A DNA stretch of 60,224 nucleotides, filler included. It is 3 parts of 3 records of this genome, joined end to end, with 100 filler letters (N's around TTAATTAATTAA, not from the genome) between each part and the next. Parts side by side here need not be neighbours in the genome. Positions count along the whole stretch, not along the records: positions 26,115 to 52,048 come from DRR723986_60418; positions 52,149 to 60,224 come from DRR723986_61391; 1 more part is not named here. One strand, written 5' to 3'. Of the stretch, positions 48,841 to 57,673 are shown in pieces. The number at the start of each line of letters is the position of its first letter. Position 1 is the first letter of the stretch. The notes under the pieces are model-generated. The model was not told the DNA's origin and did no database searches. It saw only the letters and a list, made by a program, of their open reading frames with translations. Both the position numbers and the translations under genes were made by a program.

Positions 48841-49188
48841 ATGACGAACAATAATCTGATCAAAGGCTCACTCCAAACCATCATTCTCAAGCTACTCGAG
48901 GAGAACGAAAAGATGTATGGCTATGAAATCACCCAGCGGGTCAAGGAACTGACTGCCGGGGAAATCAAAATCACCGAAGGCGCACTCTACCCTGCGCTGC
49001 ACAAGCTGGAAGCTGAGGGTTTACTTAGTACCGAGATTCAGCAGGTGGACAACCGCGTGCGGAAATATTACAGCCTGACCAAAGACGGCCAAAAGGAAGT
49101 CACTAGTAAAATGTCTGAGTTGCAAGGCTTCGTGGAAAATCTCCAGCGAATCCTGACTCCAGACCTTAAACCTGGTTTTAACATTTGA
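48841..49188 (+). CDS. PadR family transcriptional regulator
   Basis: KGSLQTIILKLL, MYGYEI, EGALYPALHKLE, RKYYSLT..G. Confidence 0.93.
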   Translation: MTNNNLIKGSLQTIILKLLEENEKMYGYEITQRVKELTAGEIKITEGALYPALHKLEAEGLLSTEIQQVDNRVRKYYSLTKDGQKEVTSKMSELQGFVENLQRILTPDLKPGFNI

Positions 49189-49198
49189 TTTTTTTAAT

Positions 49199-49879
49199 AT
49201 GAGACAGCTATCAGAAAGCGAACTTGATCAGGTAAAAAGAGCTATTGCAGCCAAGGAATTGACTTCTGCGGAAATCCTAGTGGAGATCTATGACCATTAT
49301 GTAAGTCATTTGGAGAGTTATGGAGATTCAGAATTCGAGAGCGAAATTATAGAATTGGAAATGAAGTTTACCCAGCATTATTGTAAATCGCTCCAGGACA
49401 AACACTTTAACTCCACACACAGTGGAATGAGAGCTTTACAATGGAAAATATTCAAATCTCAACTTTCATGGCCAAAATTTATAGGTACAGCTACAACTTT
49501 CACCTTAATTTCCTACCTGTGGACAACAATCGATGGCCGAACTAGAACAGTTGTAATTTTTGTTCCACTGGGAATAATTCTTTTGCTTGTCGCATGGATT
49601 TCAATAAAATCCACAGTTAAAGTCAGGAGCTTAAAAAAGACACTAGGCGTTTCGAATTATATTCAATCTGACTATTTAAAAATCATTCTAGGACAATGGA
49701 CCTTAATTCTCAGCACACTTACTTTAAGTGTTTTAGCTCTAAAAAACTTAGGTTTAACTGATCCTTTTACAAATCCATACTATACATACATTACTTTTTT
49801 TCTTGCTATTCTCTATTTGGGTTATTTTTTAACTCTCTTAAAAGCCTGGAAGATCAAAACTAAAACCGCCCTGATATGA
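49199..49879 (+). CDS. Membrane protein with N-terminal helical E-h-x-D-H domain, paralog A
   Basis: MRQLSESEL...EIYDHY then four TM helices. Confidence 0.8.
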   Translation: MRQLSESELDQVKRAIAAKELTSAEILVEIYDHYVSHLESYGDSEFESEIIELEMKFTQHYCKSLQDKHFNSTHSGMRALQWKIFKSQLSWPKFIGTATTFTLISYLWTTIDGRTRTVVIFVPLGIILLLVAWISIKSTVKVRSLKKTLGVSNYIQSDYLKIILGQWTLILSTLTLSVLALKNLGLTDPFTNPYYTYITFFLAILYLGYFLTLLKAWKIKTKTALI

Positions 49880-50538
49880 GACAGCTTTCAGAACAGGAAC
49901 TTGCATTGATCCATGCCAGATTGAAAAGTCTTCATATCCGGTACACAGAAGTATATGTGGAGATTTTTGATCACTACTGCACGACATTGGAAAACAGTCC
50001 AGCAATAGAATCTCCAGCTATCATCGCAAAGCTGAATGAAAATTTCGCATGGTCCGTGGTGAAGAACATGGATAAGGAGTTGGAGAAAAATGTTTCAAAG
50101 CAAATAGGAGTAGCCCAAATGGATTTCCTGAAGTTTTGGAATCATGGATTAAAAGGCTTCTTGATTGGTTTTGTTGGATTAGTTGTATTGACACTAGCTA
50201 GTTTGATCATACCTGCTTCTGAATTAATACTGATATTCCTAGTGCTTATTATTTGTACTACCGGAGGAGTATTTTTTATGAAAAGAGATGCGCTTTCTTT
50301 TAGCCTAAGTCACAAAATGGTCTCTATCTCTTCTGCAACCATCATCAAAAGAGTTGGGATATTGAACACAATATTTATGTGGATTTATGCTATGCCAAGT
50401 GTATTAACACGGGGAGACATTTATTCTAATACCCTATTTATTTGGCTAACAGCCACTGTAGCGATAATAAGTATCATTTACGCGATTAGCTTATTGGCCA
50501 TTGCCTCTAATTTATCTCCTCAAAGAACTTCTTTATGA
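49876..50538 (+). CDS. Membrane protein with N-terminal helical E-h-x-D-H domain, paralog B
   Basis: MRQLSEQEL...EIFDHY then four TM helices; ATGA overlap. Confidence 0.8.
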   Translation: MRQLSEQELALIHARLKSLHIRYTEVYVEIFDHYCTTLENSPAIESPAIIAKLNENFAWSVVKNMDKELEKNVSKQIGVAQMDFLKFWNHGLKGFLIGFVGLVVLTLASLIIPASELILIFLVLIICTTGGVFFMKRDALSFSLSHKMVSISSATIIKRVGILNTIFMWIYAMPSVLTRGDIYSNTLFIWLTATVAIISIIYAISLLAIASNLSPQRTSL

Positions 50539-51152
50539 AACTCTCCCCTTCCCAAATCGCACAAATTCAATCCTCCTTTTCTAGCGGTAAAATCTTCTAT
50601 GATGATATCAGAGCAGAACTGGTAGATCATATAGCGTCAAAGGTAGAAGACGCAATGGAAACAGGAATCCCTTTTGAAGAAGCTTTAGAAATTACACAAA
50701 AAGAGATTAATCCCTTTAATTTTCAAATGAGGCTTTTGGTAGCTTCTCACTTGGGCTTCGCACAAACTATCGCTTCAAACATGCTAAAAGGATCAATGCT
50801 ATTGAAAAGCATTTTACTGTTTGCAGTTTGGGTAATCATCATTAATTTTTTTGAATATAGCCCAGAAGTAGCCGAAATGCATTTAAAAACCATCTTCATT
50901 AGCACTACAGTAGGCTTAGCATTTATGGGGCTTTGGGGAGGATTCTTGAAAAACTCGAAAGTTGTAGCTTCAGGAAATACACTTTGGCTAATCATGTGCA
51001 TTTCTCAGTTTGTTTTAAACCTTGATTTATTTTTATGGCTTGGATTATCTCCTATTGTCGCCATTTACTTAATCACATTTTTGCTTTCATTTCTTTTTAT
51101 CGCAGGATTTTCAGAGGTAGTCGTTCAAACCAAAAAACTTAGTACCACTTGA
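50535..51152 (+). CDS. Membrane protein with N-terminal helical E-h-x-D-H domain, paralog C
   Basis: MKLSPSQI...YDDIRAELVDHIAS..E......FEEAL then four TM helices; ATGA overlap. Confidence 0.8.
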   Translation: MKLSPSQIAQIQSSFSSGKIFYDDIRAELVDHIASKVEDAMETGIPFEEALEITQKEINPFNFQMRLLVASHLGFAQTIASNMLKGSMLLKSILLFAVWVIIINFFEYSPEVAEMHLKTIFISTTVGLAFMGLWGGFLKNSKVVASGNTLWLIMCISQFVLNLDLFLWLGLSPIVAIYLITFLLSFLFIAGFSEVVVQTKKLSTT

Positions 51153-51847
51153 AACTCTCCCCTGCCCAAATCGACACCCTCAAAAAACTGATTTCCTATA
51201 AAGGCTATCCTGAGATCGATTTGCAATATGAGATCCTGGATCATGTAGCCTGCAAGGTGGAAATGCTTTTGGAGGAAAACCCAACACTGTCACTAGACGA
51301 TGCTTTCCGCAAAGTCCACGGTGAATTTGGGATTTTTGGGTTTTCTGATCTGGCTGAGTCTTATACCAAAAGTATAGAAAGACGCTATCGAAGATTTTTT
51401 TGGGAAGAGTTTGTGGATTTTTTCACGAGCCACAGAATCATTTACCCTGCAGGGATTGGATTTATTCTGTATTGGCTGAGTGTTAACAGCCTCTTTTTTG
51501 GTGAGAAAGTAGGTATGCCAGTTTGGAGCGGAGCTTTTACGATACTAGCCGTATTCTTCATCATCGCTAGGTATTGGAAGGCTAACAAATCAATGAAGAA
51601 CTATGTATCCTACAGAAGTTCAATTCATTCATTTACATTCTTCAATCTCATGATGCAAATCAGTCTGTTTGGAATCCAACATTTGGAGAATCCTAATTAC
51701 TCTGTTGCATTTACCCCTCAAAGCATTTTGACTTGGTTATCAGTTCTGGCTATTTCCGCATGCTTTATCTGTATTTTTTTAATCCCAAGAGTTCTGGACA
51801 GATCCATAGCCGAAACCAAAAAGCTTCAGGCTATCTATGAGAGCTGA
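51149..51847 (+). CDS. Membrane protein with N-terminal helical E-h-x-D-H domain, paralog D
   Basis: TTG start, MKLSPAQI...DLQYEILDHVAC..E......LDDAF..V...FG then four TM helices; TTGA overlap. Confidence 0.8.
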   Translation: MKLSPAQIDTLKKLISYKGYPEIDLQYEILDHVACKVEMLLEENPTLSLDDAFRKVHGEFGIFGFSDLAESYTKSIERRYRRFFWEEFVDFFTSHRIIYPAGIGFILYWLSVNSLFFGEKVGMPVWSGAFTILAVFFIIARYWKANKSMKNYVSYRSSIHSFTFFNLMMQISLFGIQHLENPNYSVAFTPQSILTWLSVLAISACFICIFLIPRVLDRSIAETKKLQAIYES

Positions 51848-51971
51848 AGTAAATCTTACTTCAGGTTTATCAGTAGCTAAACTAAGCAGAATAAAGTGTT
51901 CAATTCACGGGATTTCAGACTTTTAACCTTAGATTTTATAATTCCATAACCTTACTCCAAAATATTATTTG

Positions 51972-51979
51972 TACTTTTG
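51972..51979 (+). promoter_or_regulatory. -7 promoter element of typA
   Basis: TACTTTTG 20 nt upstream of ATG 52000. Confidence 0.65.
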
Positions 51980-51999
51980 CGCCTTCAATCAGGCAAACC

Positions 52000-52048
52000 A
52001 TGCAGAATATTCGGAATATCGCGATCATCGCACACGTTGACCACGGCA
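52000..52048 (+). CDS. typA: Translational GTPase TypA/BipA, 5' fragment cut by contig end
   Basis: MQNIRNIAIIAHVDHG, the characteristic N-terminus/G1 box. Confidence 0.8.
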
Positions 52049-52148
52049 NNNNNNNNNNNNNNNNNNNNNNNNNNNNNNNNNNNNNNNNNNNNTTAATTAA
52101 TTAANNNNNNNNNNNNNNNNNNNNNNNNNNNNNNNNNNNNNNNNNNNN
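52049..52148. other. Artificial contig spacer
   Basis: 44 N + TTAATTAATTAA + 44 N. Confidence 0.97.
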
Positions 52149-52652
52149 AAAATTTTGGGCATACTTTTGCGTGATTCTTTGGGCCCTCCCCCGCCTCCTC
52201 CTCGGTAAAACATCCACCACCTCGAACACAGTCCTCCCACCCTATATCTCTACAGGTTAAAAACACCGATCCGATTAAACGCCCGCAAGTCGTCACTCCG
52301 GCCGTAAATACAAGCTTAAGACCTCTCCACGAATTTTCACAACGCCAAAAACTAAACGTACCGTATTCCATAGTTAAACGCACCATATTCCGTGTTAAAC
52401 GGTCGGGCTTTTGTTTGACTCGCGTGAAACCCTGATAGCTGCGCCCCTCGCGATTGCGGTGGCTGGCTTTTTTTCTCTTGTTAGCCGCCGTACCCCAAGT
52501 CCCAAGTCTCCGAGCCAAAAGTCTTCTAACCCCAAACCCCCAAATCACAAACCAAAAGCCTGTCATTAAACCACATGCGTGCATCCAATGAGAGGTGCCA
52601 AGCCGCAGAGCAGCAAGAATCACGAGCCAAACAAATGGTGCCCATGCCGTGG

Positions 52653-52681
52653 AATTTGCCGGTGCTGGTGTCCGGCAAATT
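52653..52681. terminator. Hairpin, possible terminator of the minus-strand genes
   Basis: AATTTGCCGG-N9-CCGGCAAATT about 120 nt downstream of the DUF2459 gene; no clear U-tract. Confidence 0.35.
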
Positions 52682-52802
52682 TGCTAAGTGTCCTGTGGTA
52701 AGTTCAAATGCTGCCGCACTCTCTCTCAGCGACAAACAAGAAGGCCTTTAAAAGGCTGCTCGAAAGTGTTAAGTGCCAGGTGTTAAAAGTACATCAGGTG
52801 CG

Positions 52803-53477
52803 CTACGGCTGCATGCTGTGATCCGGTAAGTGGTACATGATCGATTGTGCCGTGCCGCCCCAAATTGGTGCGCCCAGCCCCGCAATGTCCATTGCTTCAG
52901 CAGTCCAGGAGTTGCAGGTGTAAATGATTGAGTATGTGCCGACCGCATCGTAAAATGCCGACCAACCGCCGTACAGTCCCCTGTCCAGAACCGGTGACTG
53001 TGAAGGTGCCTGGCGGAATGACTTAACCATAAACTCCGACAACTTAACGCAATCTTCAGAACACACAACTGCGGAACCAACGTTGGCACTGCCAAATATT
53101 TCGCTTGGGTCGCCGGCGGGTAAACCGACAATATGCATGACTGCGTCGGTAGGTGTAAATAATGCTTTGGCGCCAAGGAAAAAGTCTTCGCCGCGTGCCA
53201 TGTAGAAGTCGCGGTCGCCCCAGCCGATTTCAAAGGCCGGGTACTTTGCCGGCGCATTTAAACTATCGAGCCACTCGAACTCAGGGGTGCCGCGCTGAAT
53301 TACGATGCCGGTGTGATAGCCATGATTAACAACGTAGATTTCCTCAAAGCCCGCATCGCAGACTTCCGGTGCAATAAAAAATTGGCGTGGCAGGATCGAT
53401 AGCGCTATTGCTACAAGTGCCACGCTCACAAACAACAATAAAAGTGTGCGGAATGCGCGGAATAACTTTTTAAACAT
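52803..53477 (-). CDS. DUF2459 domain protein
   Basis: N-terminal TM; NHGYHTGIV, FEIGWGDRDFY, ALFTPT.AVMH, FY.A.G.Y....TCNSWTA. Confidence 0.85.
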   Translation of the reverse strand: MFKKLFRAFRTLLLLFVSVALVAIALSILPRQFFIAPEVCDAGFEEIYVVNHGYHTGIVIQRGTPEFEWLDSLNAPAKYPAFEIGWGDRDFYMARGEDFFLGAKALFTPTDAVMHIVGLPAGDPSEIFGSANVGSAVVCSEDCVKLSEFMVKSFRQAPSQSPVLDRGLYGGWSAFYDAVGTYSIIYTCNSWTAEAMDIAGLGAPIWGGTAQSIMYHLPDHSMQP

Positions 53478-53491
53478 GCATTCGCCAGTTG

Positions 53492-53845
53492 TTAAGATTC
53501 AGTAATCTCGCGCTGCAGTTTTTTTGTTAAGCCCGCTACAATCAGATCGTAGGACGTGTCAATCCAGCTTATCAGCTCTCCATCCTCATACGGCCCGTCC
53601 AGTTTAACGGTAATCCAGTGTTTTTTGTTCATGTGATAGCCGGGGATGATTGTCTCATACTTGGCGCGGAGCTCAATCGCGTCATCGGGATCGGCTTTGA
53701 GGTTAACAGAATCGCGTGTGACGGAATTCGTCAGCGCGAACATCTTCCCCGCGACCTTGTAAACCAGGACCGCATCGTCAAAGGGCATTTCTTCTGTGAC
53801 CATTTTCTTGGCCAGGCAATGTTCTGCAATTTCTTCGATAGTCAT
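53492..53845 (-). CDS. MmcQ/YjbR family DNA-binding protein
   Basis: YKVAGKMFA, NLKADP, PGYHMNKKHW, SYDLIV. Confidence 0.92.
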   Translation of the reverse strand: MTIEEIAEHCLAKKMVTEEMPFDDAVLVYKVAGKMFALTNSVTRDSVNLKADPDDAIELRAKYETIIPGYHMNKKHWITVKLDGPYEDGELISWIDTSYDLIVAGLTKKLQREITES

Positions 53846-53952
53846 GAAAAGTTCGTGCTAATTCTTAGATAGTAATTAGTTCAGAATAAAGTCCGCTTAG
53901 CATTAAAGCAGGGCTCCAACTGTTTAACAGGCAGGTCTAGTATAAGCTCGAC

Positions 53953-54420
53953 TCAAATTTGCCCCGCATGCCCAATCACGCGGCGCATAATGCCAAGTTG
54001 CCCTGCGTGATAAATCTCGTGGAAGGCCAAAGTCGCAATCCGCATGCCGGCAGGATGACCGTCGATGTCAGCTGTAAATGTTGCTTCGGTCGATTTCTCA
54101 AACAGTTCGTGGAGCGTAGCCTGTGACTGCTCAAAAGTCTGCATCAATTCATCGAGTTGGACAGCTTGAGCGGCATCGACAATAACAGGACTATTTTGTT
54201 TGAAGCGTTCGCGCTGTTCATCGCTCCAGAAATGTGTGCCGCCTAAGAAGCGCATAATCGGATTCCGCACCGAAATTATGTGACCCAGGATCCAATTGAT
54301 ATTGCCGCCTTCTTCCCCAACGCGAATAATTGACTCGTCATGCGAAATTCCATCAATATTGCGCGTAATCACGGTATGGCTTAAATCAAACTGATGGAGC
54401 AGTGCGTCTTTCAGCATCAT
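53953..54420 (-). CDS. DinB family protein
   Basis: NINWILGHI and FHEIYHAGQL His triad. Confidence 0.88.
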   Translation of the reverse strand: MMLKDALLHQFDLSHTVITRNIDGISHDESIIRVGEEGGNINWILGHIISVRNPIMRFLGGTHFWSDEQRERFKQNSPVIVDAAQAVQLDELMQTFEQSQATLHELFEKSTEATFTADIDGHPAGMRIATLAFHEIYHAGQLGIMRRVIGHAGQI

Positions 54421-54611
54421 AATTAGTTCCTGAATCTAGGTGACAGCCGGCAAGAAGGTCGTCCGGGCGTCGGCGATGTAGTATGAATAGTTTGAGGCAC
54501 TTTTGCAGTTGGTGCAATAACACGTGCCTGAGCTTGGAGCAAAATACAAAAAGTCGGTATGTTTGTTAAACCTGTCCGGAATCCCGCCCAATCTCCTGAA
54601 TTGTGAATGGC

Positions 54612-57600
54612 ATGAAAAATCGCATGAAATCCGCGCGTCAACGTATCGCGCTTGTGATCTGGAGTTGTTTGTTCCTACTGGCAGCAGCAGAACTGACAGC
54701 CCAGACAAGTGTTGGTCGAGATTTTTGGGTGACATTTCCGCCCAATTTTCGCGCCGGCAGTGCCAATGATTCGGTCTACATTTACATAGTGGCGGCTAAC
54801 CGCAGTGCCGGAAGCATCGAATATCGCAATCGGCGCTGGGAGTCCTTTACTATGAATTGGGGAATTGTGGACCCCACACAGCCCTACGTTCTGGCCCTTC
54901 CGGCAGCAGACTTTGAGCTGCGCGGCATTAACTCGAGCAGTACATTCGCTGTTTTGACCGATACCAGCAGGCATGATGTGGAACGCCCGGTTCCGGCAAG
55001 CATTCGTATTCAAGTTGCGGCAGGTCGGCAGGCGGTCAGTGTATTTGCGCTTAACTATGCCGCCGGCGGCAGTGGCACAACTGCGCTCATGCCCAGCAAC
55101 GCGCTCGGAAATGAATACATGGTAATGGCGTTCAATGGAGATGGCAAAACCCGCAATGGAACCTCCCTTGAAAGCAGCAGCACACCCTCACAATGTGCCG
55201 TGCTCGCCACCGAAAATGAAACGACCGTCCGCATAGAACTGGCAACACCCAGAACCTACTTCAATCGCGATAGCGTTCTTGAAGTCACGCTGCAGCGCGG
55301 CGACGTCTATCTGGTGCAGGGCAATTTGGGAATACCGGACAATCTTAATGATGATTTGAGCGGCACACGTATAATTGCCGATAAAAATATTGCCGTGTTT
55401 GCCGGGCATCAAAGTGCGCAGACGCCCTATGTTGCCGGGCGCGACAATGCTTCGCGATCGCACCTGTTGGCGCAAATGCCGCCGCTGGAAACCTGGGGCA
55501 AACAACATATAGTTACTCCCTTTCCCGGCGAGCTGCCGCTTACGCGCACAGACATCTATCGCGTGCTGGCCAAGGATGACAATACGTCGGTGAAGATCAA
55601 CGACAATCCACCGCGCCTGTTGAATGCCGGTGAGTTGATTGAACTGCCACTCGAAGATGTGGTCGAAGTCAATTCGAGCAAGTCCGTTCTGGTGGCAGCG
55701 TACAAAAGTTCGGTGCGCGAGTCCGATAGCGAGCCTGGCGACCGACTTTCAGACCCCGCATTTACAGTTGTGCCGCCAATTGAACAGTACGTTGAGAACA
55801 TCAACTTTACAACGCCATTCCCACAGACCGAAGATGGCGACCTGCTCTCTGCCGCGCACATTTTTGCGACGCTGGTGATGCGCGCCGATCAGGTAGACCA
55901 GGCAACTATTGGCGGCGCGGCCATCCAGTCCGTTTTCAATTTCACGCCGATTCGCACCGGAGAATATGTGTTCGGCAGCGCCGCCATCGGCAACGGTCCG
56001 CGTTTCCTGGAAGTCCCCGGCGGCGCACAGCTGCAGGTGACAACTTATGGAGTGGAAGATGCATACGCATTTAGCGCTGTGCGTGGATTGGCGGCAATTA
56101 CGGAAACACGCGAATTGGATGTCATAAGTGAACTGAGCGTCGTTGAGGCGCGCGTCCTGCGCGGCGAAGTCCACAACCTCCAGATTCAACTCGATGAACT
56201 CGAAGTCCCGCCAAGTTTTGGCGATGATCCGCTCGACGCCTATGACATCACTCTGCAAATGGCGGCTGACTGCCTGATTCCTGTCGATCCCAGCGAACAA
56301 GGCACGGTCACAGACGGTCTGCGGCGAGTGACGCTGCGCAGAGAATACACTGGCCAGCAGAGCGGCGACATCCTCCTGGACTTTCCGGTCGACGTCACGC
56401 CCGACGGACCTTTATGCAGCGATGTTAACATCCTGGATTTTGTGTGGTTTGATGCTGCGTCCACAGAAATTTCAACTTTATACCGCAATACCGATGGCGA
56501 AATCTGTAAGCGCGGCGACTCACTCGAAGTGCAGCTGAATGTAGCCGATGTGAGTGCCGCAGATGCGGATCTCGTTACGCTGCGCGTCACGGCTGAGAAC
56601 ATCTTTGTGCCGCAAGACTTTGAACTCGGTGATCTGGACCGCATCGAATTTGAGTTGATTGTTGATGCCGGCCTGGATTCGCCGAACCAGACGCCGCTGG
56701 GAACTGTGACTGGCAATCGCCGCACGATTCTGATCAATGCGCCGTTCTCCGGCGCTGCCGACTTTGAGTTTGAGCTGGAAGTCCTCGTCTCGGCAGCTGA
56801 ACTGGCGGCCGAATGCACGCGGCTTGAAATTGCTTCCGTGCGCTGGTTTGATATCGATTCTCAGGTCTTACGCGTTGCGGCTACGGCCGTGAACGGCGAA
56901 TTCTGCCTGCTGAACAATCGCATTGAAGCGCGCCTGCAACTTTCGGACCTGGAAGGCGCTCCGGGCGATATGGTCACGGCGCGTGTGCAACTCGCTGCAC
57001 TGGAAATCAGCCCGGACTTCTTAACGCAGTTTGCCGAAAACTTTGGTGCGGCCCAGTTGGAACTGAGCTACAATGCGACGGTGCTGACACCCGCAGATCC
57101 CGCGCAACGCGGCCAGTTGCTGAACGGCACGCGCACAACAACAGTAGAACTGAATCTGCTGCCGGAATTCGCCGGCACAACTCTACTCGAATTGCCGCTA
57201 CTGGTTGCTCTGGGAGATTCTGAATTTTCTGACCTGACAGCACAATTGACCTTTACAGGCCTTGATGGCGTAGCCGTCGCAGTTGAGAGTGAGCCGGTGA
57301 CTGCGCGCATGTCACTCCTGAATGTGTGGCGCGACGATGTGCAGGGCACGCGCCTGCTGAATCCGCAGGGTGGCGGTCTGGTCCTGGCTCTGGAGCCCAA
57401 TCCGGCGACGACGCAGGTGCGTATGACATTTGAGGCCCAGTCTGATCTGGCGACGGCGGAGCTGCGTGTTTACGATTCGCGCGGTGACCTGCAGTTGCAA
57501 CTCGACGAGCAGGTTCGTGTGCCGGCGAATTCCGGCAGCATCGATGTTGACGTCTCACAACTTTCTTCCGGTCTCTATTTTGTGCGTCTGGGGCTTGGGC

Positions 57601-57635
57601 CCGATGTTCTGGTGCGCACACTGATTATTCGTTGA
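54612..57635 (+). CDS. Secreted IgGFc-binding-domain protein with three cohesin-like repeats and T9SS C-terminal sorting domain
   Basis: Signal peptide; GRDFWVTFPPN, DLSGTRIIADKNIAVFAGH, QMPPLETWGK, SDPA; C-terminal EPNPA...VYDSRG...LSSGLYFVR...LIIR. Confidence 0.8.
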   Translation: MKNRMKSARQRIALVIWSCLFLLAAAELTAQTSVGRDFWVTFPPNFRAGSANDSVYIYIVAANRSAGSIEYRNRRWESFTMNWGIVDPTQPYVLALPAADFELRGINSSSTFAVLTDTSRHDVERPVPASIRIQVAAGRQAVSVFALNYAAGGSGTTALMPSNALGNEYMVMAFNGDGKTRNGTSLESSSTPSQCAVLATENETTVRIELATPRTYFNRDSVLEVTLQRGDVYLVQGNLGIPDNLNDDLSGTRIIADKNIAVFAGHQSAQTPYVAGRDNASRSHLLAQMPPLETWGKQHIVTPFPGELPLTRTDIYRVLAKDDNTSVKINDNPPRLLNAGELIELPLEDVVEVNSSKSVLVAAYKSSVRESDSEPGDRLSDPAFTVVPPIEQYVENINFTTPFPQTEDGDLLSAAHIFATLVMRADQVDQATIGGAAIQSVFNFTPIRTGEYVFGSAAIGNGPRFLEVPGGAQLQVTTYGVEDAYAFSAVRGLAAITETRELDVISELSVVEARVLRGEVHNLQIQLDELEVPPSFGDDPLDAYDITLQMAADCLIPVDPSEQGTVTDGLRRVTLRREYTGQQSGDILLDFPVDVTPDGPLCSDVNILDFVWFDAASTEISTLYRNTDGEICKRGDSLEVQLNVADVSAADADLVTLRVTAENIFVPQDFELGDLDRIEFELIVDAGLDSPNQTPLGTVTGNRRTILINAPFSGAADFEFELEVLVSAAELAAECTRLEIASVRWFDIDSQVLRVAATAVNGEFCLLNNRIEARLQLSDLEGAPGDMVTARVQLAALEISPDFLTQFAENFGAAQLELSYNATVLTPADPAQRGQLLNGTRTTTVELNLLPEFAGTTLLELPLLVALGDSEFSDLTAQLTFTGLDGVAVAVESEPVTARMSLLNVWRDDVQGTRLLNPQGGGLVLALEPNPATTQVRMTFEAQSDLATAELRVYDSRGDLQLQLDEQVRVPANSGSIDVDVSQLSSGLYFVRLGLGPDVLVRTLIIR

Positions 57636-57673
57636 TCCTTGCTTGCAAAACATCCGCTGAGTACGGCTTTAGC

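Noticed and set aside
52093-52735. ORFs 52093-52623 and 52526-52735
   Set aside because: Composition reflects low-complexity repeats, and one runs into the N spacer
54423-54769. Short overlapping ORFs between dinB and the T9SS gene
   Set aside because: They occupy a divergent promoter region and overlap real genes; chance ORFs in GC-richer DNA
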